A DNA stretch of 64,000 bases, from NCBI GenBank assembly GCA_018238155.1, contig JABCTZ010000032.1, positions 160,001-224,000 on the forward strand. The letters are read 5' to 3'. The translations under genes and the position numbers were made by a program. This DNA comes from Candidatus Heimdallarchaeota archaeon (GTDB taxonomy: Archaea; Asgardarchaeota; Heimdallarchaeia; JABLTI01). How positions within the stretch are numbered: position 1 is the stretch's first letter; each line of letters starts with the position of its first letter. Below the pieces are notes generated by a model. The model saw only the letters and a list, made by a program, of their open reading frames with translations. It had not been told where the DNA came from and did no database searches. Positions 1 through 9,980 of the stretch are shown piece by piece.

Positions 1-342
1 ATTGCTATTCTTTTTGACTTCTTTGACCCATTTTGGCAAGTTTGATAGCGTTTTATTATCTGTGATGTCATAGACCAACATTGCTGCTTGGCACCCTGAA
101 TAAAAACTTGCACGAACTTTGTCGAATTTTTGTTGCCCTGCAAGATCGAAAATTTGATATTGCACGGTAAGATTATCTGACAATTTGATTCTCTTGGTTG
201 CGAAATCGGCTCCGATAGTATAAATATACTCCTTAATTGTAGTTTCCCCTAAATATTTCCTTCTAATACTTGTCTTACCAACAGCAGGGTCACCAATAAT
301 TACAATTTTCCAAATTAATTTTGCCAACTTTATCATTTCCAT
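1..342 (-). CDS. Rab-like small GTPase (3' end runs off the window)
   Basis: Not in the ORF track; translated by hand from ATG at 342: MEMIKLAKLIWKIVIIGDPAVGKTSIRRKYLGETTIKEYIYTIGADFATKRIKLSDNLTVQYQIFDLAGQQKFDKVRASFYSGCQAAMLVYDIT. It has G1 GDPAVGKT, G2/RabF1-like TIGADF, G3 DLAGQ and RabF5-like LVYDIT. Confidence 0.93.
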   Translation of the reverse strand, partial: MEMIKLAKLIWKIVIIGDPAVGKTSIRRKYLGETTIKEYIYTIGADFATKRIKLSDNLTVQYQIFDLAGQQKFDKVRASFYSGCQAAMLVYDITDNKTLSNLPKWVKEVKKNSN

Positions 343-354
343 TTTAACATTAGT

Positions 355-1086
355 TTATAATTTTAGCAGCCCTTTGATTTCTTTCAGTTTCTCATTTTTA
401 ACTTTGATTTCATTTTTTAATTTACTTATTAATTCATTTTGGTCATTTATTGTAATATTCAAATGTTCGACCTTTTCACTTAATGCTTGTAATCTAGCAA
501 TTTTATCTTCCAAAAGATTACTTATTTTTAGAATATTGGCTTCTGTGGCATCAGAATTTGCATTTTTAGTACCTTTTTCAATATGAGCAATTCTTTCTTC
601 TAGTTCTTTTATTAATGCGTTCTTCTCTTCAAGCTCTTCTTGCTTTTGGACGATTTTATCTTGAAAGCTTCTTCCTAATTGATGTTGAACTTCAATATTT
701 TCCTTCTCTTTTTTTCCAGTCATACTTCGTAAACGTCGAAAATCTCTGTCTCTAATTTGCAGTTCTTGCTCGAGATTAGTTCGTTCTAAACCAAAGGAAT
801 GAAGTTTTTCATCAAGAACACCCAGCCGGTTTACCAAAGCTTCAGTAGATTTTGGATCAAGTTCTTCTACATTGTTTTTTGTTTTGGATAACCCATGATA
901 CCACTCAAAGAGAACATCTTGCATAAGTGGATGAAGGTTTTGCCAGTTCGTTGCTACAATGACCCAAAAATGAGCTCCAGGTAGATCTGGATTTATCCTT
1001 TCTGAAGGTGGTTTGATACTTTTAGGATTTCTTCGTTGATATTCGGGAAGTGAATCCCACAAAGTTGAATTTTCGGATGGGTTCAT
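355..1086 (-). CDS. Hypothetical protein with a long C-terminal coiled coil
   Basis: 243 aa; E/K/L/Q-rich heptad pattern over the C-terminal two thirds; small Trp-rich N-terminal domain; stop lies 12 bp before the GTPase start. Confidence 0.8.
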   Translation of the reverse strand: MNPSENSTLWDSLPEYQRRNPKSIKPPSERINPDLPGAHFWVIVATNWQNLHPLMQDVLFEWYHGLSKTKNNVEELDPKSTEALVNRLGVLDEKLHSFGLERTNLEQELQIRDRDFRRLRSMTGKKEKENIEVQHQLGRSFQDKIVQKQEELEEKNALIKELEERIAHIEKGTKNANSDATEANILKISNLLEDKIARLQALSEKVEHLNITINDQNELISKLKNEIKVKNEKLKEIKGLLKL

Positions 1087-1173
1087 GATAAACTCACTCT
1101 TATTTCATGATATTATAGTAATAAGATGGGATGCCCTATAAATTTTGTTTTGTATGATAATTTGAGCCCAATT

Positions 1174-1941
1174 TTACATTAAAATATTGAACGTTTTTTT
1201 AGCATTATTAAGAGTAATTTTTGCTACTTCTTCTTCGTCGATTTCCTTTAGTTTTGCGATTTCTTTTACTGCAAAGATAACGTATCCAGGTTCATTTCTT
1301 TTTAGTTCTGGGAATGGTGATAAATAAGGTGAATCTGTTTCGGTTAGTATATGTTCTATTGGTAAACTCTTTGCAAGTTTGCGATATTTCTTTCTGTTAG
1401 TAACAGCTGTTGGTATAGAAATAAAATATCCTCTATCAATGCACTCTTGTGCAGTTTCAACAGCTCCTGAAAAGCTATGCATTATGACTGGAACTTCTGC
1501 TGCGCAAAGATCTTCAACAGCATCTTCTTCTGCATCTCTGCTGTGAATTACTAAAGGTAATTGTAGTTCATTCGCAAGATCAATAAAACGTTGAAAAGTC
1601 TTGCGCTGTTTCTCTCGTAGATCTTGATCTTTAACCCAATAATAATCTAATCCAACTTCACCTATTGCAACAATATCCTTTTTTTCGCTGTGATACTTCA
1701 TCTGTTCAATTATTAGGTCGATATTTAATTTATGATACTGTGCAGGTGATACTCCTAGAGTAACAAAAATATTTGGAAATTGTCTATGATATTTAATCGA
1801 CTGGATGTAATTCTCCACATTAACAGGTGAATCAATGAAGGCAATAACTCCTTTTTCATCTGCATGTTTCAAAATATCGCTTAATTTTGCACCACGTTTT
1901 AGGATATGGTGTATGTGACAGTGAATATCTATTGCTTTCAT
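1174..1941 (-). CDS. tatD: TatD-family amidohydrolase/DNase
   Basis: IDIHCH, AIGEVGLDYY, PLVIHSRDA, MHSFSG and LTETDSPYL motifs. Confidence 0.95.
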   Translation of the reverse strand: MKAIDIHCHIHHILKRGAKLSDILKHADEKGVIAFIDSPVNVENYIQSIKYHRQFPNIFVTLGVSPAQYHKLNIDLIIEQMKYHSEKKDIVAIGEVGLDYYWVKDQDLREKQRKTFQRFIDLANELQLPLVIHSRDAEEDAVEDLCAAEVPVIMHSFSGAVETAQECIDRGYFISIPTAVTNRKKYRKLAKSLPIEHILTETDSPYLSPFPELKRNEPGYVIFAVKEIAKLKEIDEEEVAKITLNNAKKTFNILM

Positions 1942-1943
1942 GA

Positions 1944-2957
1944 TTAACTCTTCTCGTAATCATTATTTAATCCTAACTTTGTTTTGTCAACTAATAACAT
2001 TAAATGACCAAACCATGTTCGCTGAAAACCTAGCTTCTTATAAAGTTTGATAGCTGGAATATTGCCCTCATCAACTCCTAGAACAACTTCGCTAATTCTT
2101 CGGATCTTCATCCTTGAAATATATTGACTTATCATTTGCCAAGCTATTCGTTTACCACGATATTCAGGTAAAACACCGATTTCTAAAATCATTCCTTTAT
2201 TATTTGTTGTTGCAGTTAACAACCCGGCACATAAATTATCTCTATATTTAGCTATTAAGCAATTTACTTCAAATCCTAATGATTCGAAAATTTCTTTTGT
2301 TCGATTCAGAAAGGATTTTGCAATTAATGGATCTCCAAGGTTTTCAATTTCATGAAGTAAATCTTTTGAATTGCCATATGCTTGACTAATTAGATTAACT
2401 ATATCATTACTAATTTCATTTGAAGAAATTATTTCTATATCCTTATTGAATTCACTTTTCTCTTCAAAAAAAGATGCTGTAGAGCAACTCATTTCTAATC
2501 GATATGATTTACTTTCAAAACCCATTTTTTCAAAAAAGGCCTGATAGATATTGATTTCTTTTTTATTTAGAGCCCAAGATTCTGACCAGATTTCCTTAAT
2601 ACCATTTTCAAAAGCATTCATTGTTCCTTTTTTCACTAATTTTCTGCCTATTCCTTTTCTCTGATATCTTGGATGAAGAAGAGGAAAATGACTTATGATT
2701 TTACTTGTTCCTGAAATAAAATATCTATCAAAACGAATTATACCTGCGGGAAAACCATCTATATATCCAATAAGAAGCTGTTCATCTGAAGTTTTAGCTT
2801 TTAAATCTTCAAGAAAAGACATTTTTACATCATATTCAGTAATATTTTGTCTGCTAAGATATCTCTTCATCCATTTACAACTCTTCATTCCTTTAAGAAA
2901 AATCATTGTCCAGTCATCTGCATGTTCTTCTGAAGCAGAGAAGATTTGTAAATCCAT
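1944..2957 (-). CDS. Tandem (two-domain) GNAT acetyltransferase
   Basis: Two acetyl-CoA motifs (HPRYQRKGIG, VLPEYRGKRIA) with FFEKMGF and AIKLYKKLGF. Confidence 0.88.
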   Translation of the reverse strand: MDLQIFSASEEHADDWTMIFLKGMKSCKWMKRYLSRQNITEYDVKMSFLEDLKAKTSDEQLLIGYIDGFPAGIIRFDRYFISGTSKIISHFPLLHPRYQRKGIGRKLVKKGTMNAFENGIKEIWSESWALNKKEINIYQAFFEKMGFESKSYRLEMSCSTASFFEEKSEFNKDIEIISSNEISNDIVNLISQAYGNSKDLLHEIENLGDPLIAKSFLNRTKEIFESLGFEVNCLIAKYRDNLCAGLLTATTNNKGMILEIGVLPEYRGKRIAWQMISQYISRMKIRRISEVVLGVDEGNIPAIKLYKKLGFQRTWFGHLMLLVDKTKLGLNNDYEKS

Positions 2958-3149
2958 TTTTTCTTCAGCCTATATGTTTCGTATCCGAGACCTTGTTTAA
3001 TTTATTTAATATTCTTTATAATGAAACTTCTTGAATCCTTCTCTCAGTTTGTGTTACTAGTAGCTAACTAACCACTCAGTTTTTAAGGAGGATATATCTC
3101 AATGTTTGTGAGATAGTCAGAATTGCATCAAGAAATGAGGTAAATTAAG

Positions 3150-4289
3150 ATGATCAAATTTGTTGATCCACAAGTTGGAGACGAAGAAAAAAAAGCAGTC
3201 AATGCTGTTATTGATTCTAAATATTTGGCAGAAGGACCTGTTGCTAGAGAATTTGAAAAAATGTACTTAGACTATACTGGAGCGAAATATGCTATTGTAA
3301 CTTCAAATGGTACAACCGCTCTTCATCTTGCAATAGAAGCATCTGGAATTAAACCTGGGGATGAAGTAATAACTACTCCTTTTACATTTATTGCGTCAAG
3401 TAATAGTATTTTATTTAATGGAGCAGTACCTATTTTTGCAGACATTGATCCTGAGACTTATAATCTAGATCCTGAAAAAGTAAAAGAAAAAATAACTAAG
3501 AAAACAAAAGCTATTATGCCTGTACATATCTTTGGTAATCCTTGTGATATGAAAGCATTAAAGGAAATTGCCGATGAACATGATTTAATTTTACTTGAAG
3601 ATGCTTGTCAAGCTCATGGTGCTAAAGTAGATGGTAAACATGCCGGAACTTTGGGCGATGTGGGTTGTTTTTCGTTTTATGCATCAAAGAATCTAACATT
3701 TGGTGAAGGTGGTTTAATTCTAACGGATAATGAAGAATTAAAAGATAGTATCATGTGTTTGCGAAACCATGGAAGAACACCAAAAGGTGGGTATCACCAC
3801 ATTCGCATTGGTTATAATTATCGCTCAAATAATCTGGTAGCTGCAGTTGGCGTTGAACAATTAAAGAAACTGCCAAAAATGCTAGATACACGAAAAAGAA
3901 ATGCCGGAATCTTACAAAAAGAACTAGCGGATTTAAATGGATTTGCTTTACAAAAGGTCCTAAAAGGGCATGAACATGCTTGGTATATAGCTGCGGGAAG
4001 AACGGATAGGAAAGATCTACCTGCAACTAAAATTGTTGAAGAATTAAAAGCTAATGATATTGGCTCGAGACAAATTTATTCTGTTCCTTCTTACAAACAA
4101 CCTGCTTATACTAAAATAAACGATTACTACTACTGGGCAAAATTCGTTAAATTCCCAGATTATAGCAAAGTAAGCTGTCCAATTACAGAACGAATTGGTA
4201 GAGATCATTTTCAAATACCAATTAATCCAGGTGTAACTGAAGAAAATATGTACCATATTGTGGATACATTGCGAAAAATCTTTGGTTAA
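3150..4289 (+). CDS. DegT/DnrJ/EryC1/StrS PLP-dependent sugar aminotransferase
   Basis: SNGTTALHLA, TPFTFIAS, EDACQAHGA, SFYASKNL (PLP lysine) and GEGG motifs. Confidence 0.95.
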   Translation: MIKFVDPQVGDEEKKAVNAVIDSKYLAEGPVAREFEKMYLDYTGAKYAIVTSNGTTALHLAIEASGIKPGDEVITTPFTFIASSNSILFNGAVPIFADIDPETYNLDPEKVKEKITKKTKAIMPVHIFGNPCDMKALKEIADEHDLILLEDACQAHGAKVDGKHAGTLGDVGCFSFYASKNLTFGEGGLILTDNEELKDSIMCLRNHGRTPKGGYHHIRIGYNYRSNNLVAAVGVEQLKKLPKMLDTRKRNAGILQKELADLNGFALQKVLKGHEHAWYIAAGRTDRKDLPATKIVEELKANDIGSRQIYSVPSYKQPAYTKINDYYYWAKFVKFPDYSKVSCPITERIGRDHFQIPINPGVTEENMYHIVDTLRKIFG

Positions 4290-4308
4290 TAAACGAGTAG
4301 AGAATTAG

Positions 4309-4329
4309 TTGCTATTAATTGCATAGCAA
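4309..4329. terminator. Hairpin between convergent genes
   Basis: TTGCTAT-7 nt loop-ATAGCAA between the DegT and iscU stop codons. Confidence 0.4.
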
Positions 4330-4333
4330 TAAT

Positions 4334-4711
4334 TTACTTCTCATTTTTCTTCTTTTGATAATCTTCAATTGCTCTATGTAAGGCATCAACAGCTAAATTA
4401 CTACAATGCATTTTATGTGAAGGTAATCCTTGTAATTCATTAGCAACATCATCTCGAGTCATTGCTAAACCTTCTTTCAATGTTCTTCCTTTTGCCATTA
4501 CTGTTGTCATGCTGCTAGTAGCTATTGCTGACGCACAGCCGAAGGTTCTGAATTTAATATCCTCAATTTTATCCTCTTTAACTTTTATAGTGATTTCCAT
4601 TGTATCCCCACAAACAGGATTGCCTACGATACCTCTTCCATCCGCATCTTCGATTAGTCCAACATTCTGTGGTTTGGAAAAATGTTCCATGACTTTTTTA
4701 CTGTATAACAT
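4334..4711 (-). CDS. iscU: Fe-S cluster scaffold, IscU/NifU N-terminal type
   Basis: GNPVCGD, FRTFGCASAIA and KMHCSNLA (three Cys); directly downstream of iscS. Confidence 0.96.
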   Translation of the reverse strand: MLYSKKVMEHFSKPQNVGLIEDADGRGIVGNPVCGDTMEITIKVKEDKIEDIKFRTFGCASAIATSSMTTVMAKGRTLKEGLAMTRDDVANELQGLPSHKMHCSNLAVDALHRAIEDYQKKKNEK

Positions 4712-4797
4712 TTTTTTTACCTGCTATATTATTTCTTGTCTCATGTTTTAATAAACCAATTCTATTTTTAAAGACTTAAATAGAATATATCTTAATA

Positions 4798-6024
4798 CTA
4801 GTCATGACCTTCATCTTTTAAGCTCATAACAAATTCTTCTGTGTCCTTCCGAAAGGCAGACATTTCTCTTAAACCTTTCACTACTTCTGGAACTATTTTT
4901 AAAACATAATCAATATCTTCATTGGTAGTCCATCTACCAAGAGTTAAGCGTAATGACCCATGTGCAATTTCTGGTCTCAAACCAATTGCTAATAATACAT
5001 GAGATGCACTTAGTTTCTTCGTTGAGCATGCTGACCCTGTTGAAGCATAAATTCCTTGAGCATCTAATCGTAAAATCATTGCTTCTCCTTCAATATATTT
5101 GAAGGAAATATTGGCGTTATGAGGTAGACGTTTCATTCTATGCCCATTAAGTCGCGTATCCTCAACAGTCAAAAAATAGTCAATGAGCTTATCTCTCATT
5201 TTGGTTGACTTTGTCTGTTCTTGTGGTAAATATTTTTCAGCCAATTCTGCTGCTTTGCCCAAACCAACAATTCCTGAAATATTTTCAGTTCCAGATCTGA
5301 ACCCTTTTTCGTGACCCCCACCATGCATCAAAGGTTCTAATCGGATTCCTTGCTTTTTGTAAAGAGCTCCTACTCCTTTTGGTCCATATAATTTATGTGA
5401 GCTCAAGGATAACAAATCAATTCCTAATTCCTCTACATCAACAGGAATCTTTCCAACTGTTTGTACTGCATCTGTGTGAAAGATTGCACCAGCTTCATGT
5501 GTGATTTCAGCCAATTCTTTTATTGGTTCAATGGTACCAATTTCATTGTTAGCGTGCATTATTGAAACTAAAGCAGTTTCTTTTGTAATAGCATTTTTCA
5601 AATCTTCTAAAGAAATTAGACCGAATTCATCAACAGGTAAATACGTAACCTTTATTCCTAATTTTTCAAGATAATTACTTGTGTTAAGAATTGCTGGGTG
5701 CTCAATTTCAGAAGTAATCATGTGCTTCTTTTCGTTTTTTCTGTTTAGCATTACACCTTTGAGTGCAGTATTATCACCTTCAGTTCCACCTGAATTGAAT
5801 ATTATTTCCTTGATTGACTTTGCTCCAATCAAACTTGCAACACGTTCTCTTGCTTGGAGCAAGGCAACATTTGCATTTTGACCAAGAGAATACATTTGAG
5901 AAGCATTACCATATTCTTCTGAAAAGAATTTCAGCATTTCACCCTTGACTTCTGGATCAACTGGTGTCGTTGCACTATTATCCATATACACTTGTCTTAC
6001 TTCTGACACGATACCACACAGCAT
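4798..6024 (-). CDS. iscS: Cysteine desulfurase (start may lie a few codons downstream)
   Basis: YMDNSATT, SGGTEGDN, HTDAVQ, SSHKLYGPKG and STGSACS motifs. Confidence 0.96.
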   Translation of the reverse strand: MLCGIVSEVRQVYMDNSATTPVDPEVKGEMLKFFSEEYGNASQMYSLGQNANVALLQARERVASLIGAKSIKEIIFNSGGTEGDNTALKGVMLNRKNEKKHMITSEIEHPAILNTSNYLEKLGIKVTYLPVDEFGLISLEDLKNAITKETALVSIMHANNEIGTIEPIKELAEITHEAGAIFHTDAVQTVGKIPVDVEELGIDLLSLSSHKLYGPKGVGALYKKQGIRLEPLMHGGGHEKGFRSGTENISGIVGLGKAAELAEKYLPQEQTKSTKMRDKLIDYFLTVEDTRLNGHRMKRLPHNANISFKYIEGEAMILRLDAQGIYASTGSACSTKKLSASHVLLAIGLRPEIAHGSLRLTLGRWTTNEDIDYVLKIVPEVVKGLREMSAFRKDTEEFVMSLKDEGHD

Positions 6025-6227
6025 TTTGTTTTATATATTCAAAGTTTGTTACTAATTATGAAAAGGTGCTGATTCAATTTCTTAAGTTTTTGAACCGTTC
6101 CTCTTTCTAAATGTAACATTTTCTGTTTTATTACTAATTACTGTAAGTTGTTTCAATAAAAATTTTTTTAGCTCTTTTAAGAAATATTTAAACAGCTCTT
6201 AATTATCAATAACAATCAGAAGGAACA

Positions 6228-7535
6228 GTGAAAAAAATGGCTAAATTATCAGATGAGATAATACAGAAGCTGAAAATGTTTTCAGGTTTTTATAGACTAT
6301 CTAGCAAGGAACGCTTACAGAAAATACAGAAAATAATACCAGAACTTAATGATGATGAAGTTTCTCTGTTATTGAATACTGGTTCTTTAGAATTGACTAT
6401 TATTAACAAGATGGTCGAAAATGCTGTTGGATCAATATCCGTTCCTTTTGGACTCGGAGTTAATTTTGTTATCAATAATAAAATATATGCTGTGCCAATG
6501 GCTGTTGAAGAACCTTCAGTAATTGCTGCTGCTAGTAGTGCTGCAAAGCTTACTCTAGAAACAGGTGGTTTTATCACTTCAGCAACTGAACAGATAATGA
6601 TGGGTCAAATTCAATTATTAGAGATTAAAAACCCAGAATTAGCGATATCTTTGATTTCTTCAAACAAAGACCAAATAATTGAAATTGCAAATTCTAATCA
6701 TCCTTCTTTAATTAGTCATGGTGGAGGAGTGAGAGATGTTAAAGGCAAAGTGCTTGAAACTCGAGTAGGAAAAATGGTTATTTGTGAGCTTTTTGTTGAT
6801 TGTTGTGATGCAATGGGTGCAAATGCTGTTAGTGCTATGGCAGAAGAAGTAGCACCATTTCTAGAAGATCTAACAGGAGGAAGAGCTTTATTACGAATAC
6901 TTTCAAATTTATCTGACCTTAGATTAGCTCGTGCATCATGTATAATTCCAAAAGAGAAATTAGGTGGAGAAACAACAGTAGATAATATTGTTGCCGCTTG
7001 TGCTTTTGCAGAAACAGATCCATATAGAGCTGCTACTCACAATAAAGGGATAATGAATGGAATCTCATCTGTTATCTTAGCAACCGCAAATGATACGCGT
7101 GCAATTGAAGCCGGTGCTCATGCATATGCAAGTATAACAGGTCATTATGGTTCTCTAACAAAATGGATTAAAAATGAAATGGGTGATCTTGAAGGCTCAA
7201 TAGAAGTACCCATGGCTGTTGGAATTGTGGGCGGTGCTACCAAAACTAATCCAATTGCAAAGATTGCGCTAAAAATTATGGCGATAAAAAGTGCAAAGGA
7301 ATTAGCTCAAGTTGCCGTAGCTGTAGGACTTGCACAGAACTTAGGTGCGTTACGGGCATTATCTACATCAGGTATAATTAAAGGCCATATGCGCTTACAT
7401 TCGAAGAATGTTGCTATTTCTGCCGGTGCTCAAGGAGAGCTAATTGACACAATTGCACAAAAAATGGTTGAAGAAAAAAATGTCAAATTCTCTCGAGCAA
7501 AAGAACTACTAGTTGAATTGGATGTCAAAAAATAA
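6228..7535 (+). CDS. mvaA: Class II HMG-CoA reductase
   Basis: ENAVG, MAVEEPSVIAA, DAMGAN, THNKGIMNGI, NDTRAIEAGAH and GHMRLH motifs. Confidence 0.95.
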   Translation: MKKMAKLSDEIIQKLKMFSGFYRLSSKERLQKIQKIIPELNDDEVSLLLNTGSLELTIINKMVENAVGSISVPFGLGVNFVINNKIYAVPMAVEEPSVIAAASSAAKLTLETGGFITSATEQIMMGQIQLLEIKNPELAISLISSNKDQIIEIANSNHPSLISHGGGVRDVKGKVLETRVGKMVICELFVDCCDAMGANAVSAMAEEVAPFLEDLTGGRALLRILSNLSDLRLARASCIIPKEKLGGETTVDNIVAACAFAETDPYRAATHNKGIMNGISSVILATANDTRAIEAGAHAYASITGHYGSLTKWIKNEMGDLEGSIEVPMAVGIVGGATKTNPIAKIALKIMAIKSAKELAQVAVAVGLAQNLGALRALSTSGIIKGHMRLHSKNVAISAGAQGELIDTIAQKMVEEKNVKFSRAKELLVELDVKK

Positions 7536-7669
7536 TTTCTAGAAGATGATTACAAAAAACATTTGATTACTGGTAGGTTTTCGACTTTAGTTTTTTTAAA
7601 TAGACAGAATCTACTGTTGGTATAGCTTAGGTAAGATACAATAACTCTAAGCGTTTGGTGTGAAAATAA

Positions 7670-9826
7670 ATGAAAAATTGGAGTAGAATTACTTTAACAT
7701 TTAGTTTGATGGCTCTAGTTTGTATTTCTTTAGCTCCTTCCTCTGTTTTCAGTTGGAAACAAGAAGCAAGCATTTATGCAAACAGACCCAACTTTACTAC
7801 TCATCAATGGTTAGCTTATGAATCAATTCAGCTCTCTCCATCAAGTTCAAGAATACAGTGGATTAGAAATAATCTCTTGGATTTCTGGCATGGTGTAGAA
7901 GCTCCTCATAATTCTGTAATGGCATCATCTTATGCTGTTTCAACAGACGATTATGGCGATATAAATGATTTAATTCTCTATCTTGATGGAAGCGGAACAA
8001 GTGTAACAAATAGCTCACTAGCTGACAGAGCTCAAGATGAATATGATAGTCTTGTAGCTGAACTCGCAAAAGATGAAATGGATGAAGCATTAGCAGCATT
8101 TCATGCAGGTGCGATGACTCATTATATTTCTCAAGCAGGTGTTTGGGGAGCAATTTGGAATGAAACCTTATGGGGTACATTACCAGCAGCAAACTGGACC
8201 TCTTTTGAAAATCAAATAGAAGCAGGTTTAGATGCAAGTAGATTTGATGCTGACCCTGAGGATTGGGTTAATAATCTCTTTACCCTCGCTCCAACAATAA
8301 TTACTCCTGTAAATGCCTATGATGCAGCCGTAGATTTAGCTCAAAATATTCATCCAGTAGCTCAAAGCTTAGGAGATGATTTTGAAAATGATTGGGCAGA
8401 AGTTGGCAATTGGACAACAGCTTACAAAGATGATGTCACAGATTGTTTAACATATTCAGTCGAAGCAATTTATGCTGCTTTAGATCATGCAATGATTTCA
8501 GTTCACTGGAATGGAATCTCTATGAACGATCCAGTGTATACTTATGATAATGAAACAGGTCTTTTTGAAATACCTGAATTTACAGTTACATTTGCAAATG
8601 AAACTGGTAAATACAATTTAACATCTGCAGATGCTGAACTTGCTGAATTTAGACTAATTATTTATCCAGAAAAAGCTTGGGAAGATCCAATTCTTTCTCC
8701 TGAACGTGAGGATTTACAATTCAATGCTGGTACACAGAAATGGTATCATGATGAATATTTGGTGAAAGGAACATCAGCAAACTTGGAACATACAGTTCTC
8801 TATACATTCAAGATGAATCAATCATCTTTAACATGGAGTAATGATTCAGCAATAAAATTCAATGTTGAATATTTCAATATCAATTTGACCAGTATCGTTA
8901 CTTCTTACAATGAAACTTCTAGAAGCGTAAGTATAACTCAGGTAGTTATGGATATATATGAGATTCCTGAAGTTAGGGAATTAGATCCCTCTGAAGTTTC
9001 ATCTGCTCGATGGTATCTCTATACTAAAGGTGAAGGTTCTCAAGTTAGTGAAGCTATCGGAGTTCCTGCTCATGATACAGAAGGAAGACAACCAAATGGT
9101 AATTTAACCTATAATGCTCTCGATGAGTATTGGTATTCACTTGATAATGATATTGGATTGGTCTTTACCGCTGTTTTAGTGCAGTTTTATGTTGTCGTTC
9201 AATTTGAAGTCACTGGTCTTCCTGTAGGATATGAAAAATCGGGCAATTTTGTAGCCGGATGTTTTGCTCAAGACAATGATTACTGGTTTGCAACAAGGGA
9301 TCATCAAATAACCATTTCTGTACCTGAAGTTGTTTTTAACCAAGAGACAAACCTCTTCAGTGTTTACAACATTACTGCCTATTCGGATTACAATAACACA
9401 ATGCTTGGTATCTATGAATTAGCGAATAAAACCATACATGGTCAGGATATTCGGTCATATACTTGGAAAGTGTTCTTGCATGACGGTATTTCTTCAAGTA
9501 TAACTGGTAAGCTTAATTGGAGCAGTGAGCATAATTATTGGTACGTAGAGGATGTTGATGTTTCTTCTTTACCTGATAACAGATATTATCTCTCTGCTAA
9601 ATTAATTAACATGAATGTTAACGTAACCACTTCCCCATGGGGACCACCTTCAAATATTTTCAAAATAAAAAGACCAATGCCGATAATTTATTGGATTCTA
9701 CCTGAATTATTTGTTGTAGGATTTGTAGTGTTATTTGGTTGGTTAGCATGGTGGCGACCAAGACAAAAGAGAATACAAATTGAACTTGAACGTTCACAAA
9801 AAATCGACAAGGGTTTCATGGATTAG
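7670..9826 (+). CDS. Secreted, C-terminally anchored glycoprotein: Zn-phospholipase C/P1 nuclease-like domain plus ~3 beta-rich repeats
   Basis: Signal peptide, predicted mature N-terminal Trp, THQWLA, AMTHYISQ, many NxS/T sequons, C-terminal TM helix and basic tail. Confidence 0.7.
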   Translation: MKNWSRITLTFSLMALVCISLAPSSVFSWKQEASIYANRPNFTTHQWLAYESIQLSPSSSRIQWIRNNLLDFWHGVEAPHNSVMASSYAVSTDDYGDINDLILYLDGSGTSVTNSSLADRAQDEYDSLVAELAKDEMDEALAAFHAGAMTHYISQAGVWGAIWNETLWGTLPAANWTSFENQIEAGLDASRFDADPEDWVNNLFTLAPTIITPVNAYDAAVDLAQNIHPVAQSLGDDFENDWAEVGNWTTAYKDDVTDCLTYSVEAIYAALDHAMISVHWNGISMNDPVYTYDNETGLFEIPEFTVTFANETGKYNLTSADAELAEFRLIIYPEKAWEDPILSPEREDLQFNAGTQKWYHDEYLVKGTSANLEHTVLYTFKMNQSSLTWSNDSAIKFNVEYFNINLTSIVTSYNETSRSVSITQVVMDIYEIPEVRELDPSEVSSARWYLYTKGEGSQVSEAIGVPAHDTEGRQPNGNLTYNALDEYWYSLDNDIGLVFTAVLVQFYVVVQFEVTGLPVGYEKSGNFVAGCFAQDNDYWFATRDHQITISVPEVVFNQETNLFSVYNITAYSDYNNTMLGIYELANKTIHGQDIRSYTWKVFLHDGISSSITGKLNWSSEHNYWYVEDVDVSSLPDNRYYLSAKLINMNVNVTTSPWGPPSNIFKIKRPMPIIYWILPELFVVGFVVLFGWLAWWRPRQKRIQIELERSQKIDKGFMD

Positions 9827-9980
9827 AAACCTTTTCTTTTTCCTTTTTTCTTAATTAAACAACAAAATGTTCTTTTTTTTTAAAGATACTGGAGAACTAA
9901 TACAAAGAATTATTTTAGTAATCGTGTTTTATAATACTAATTACATTATCTAGAGAAATTCTAATTGATAAGGTGATACT

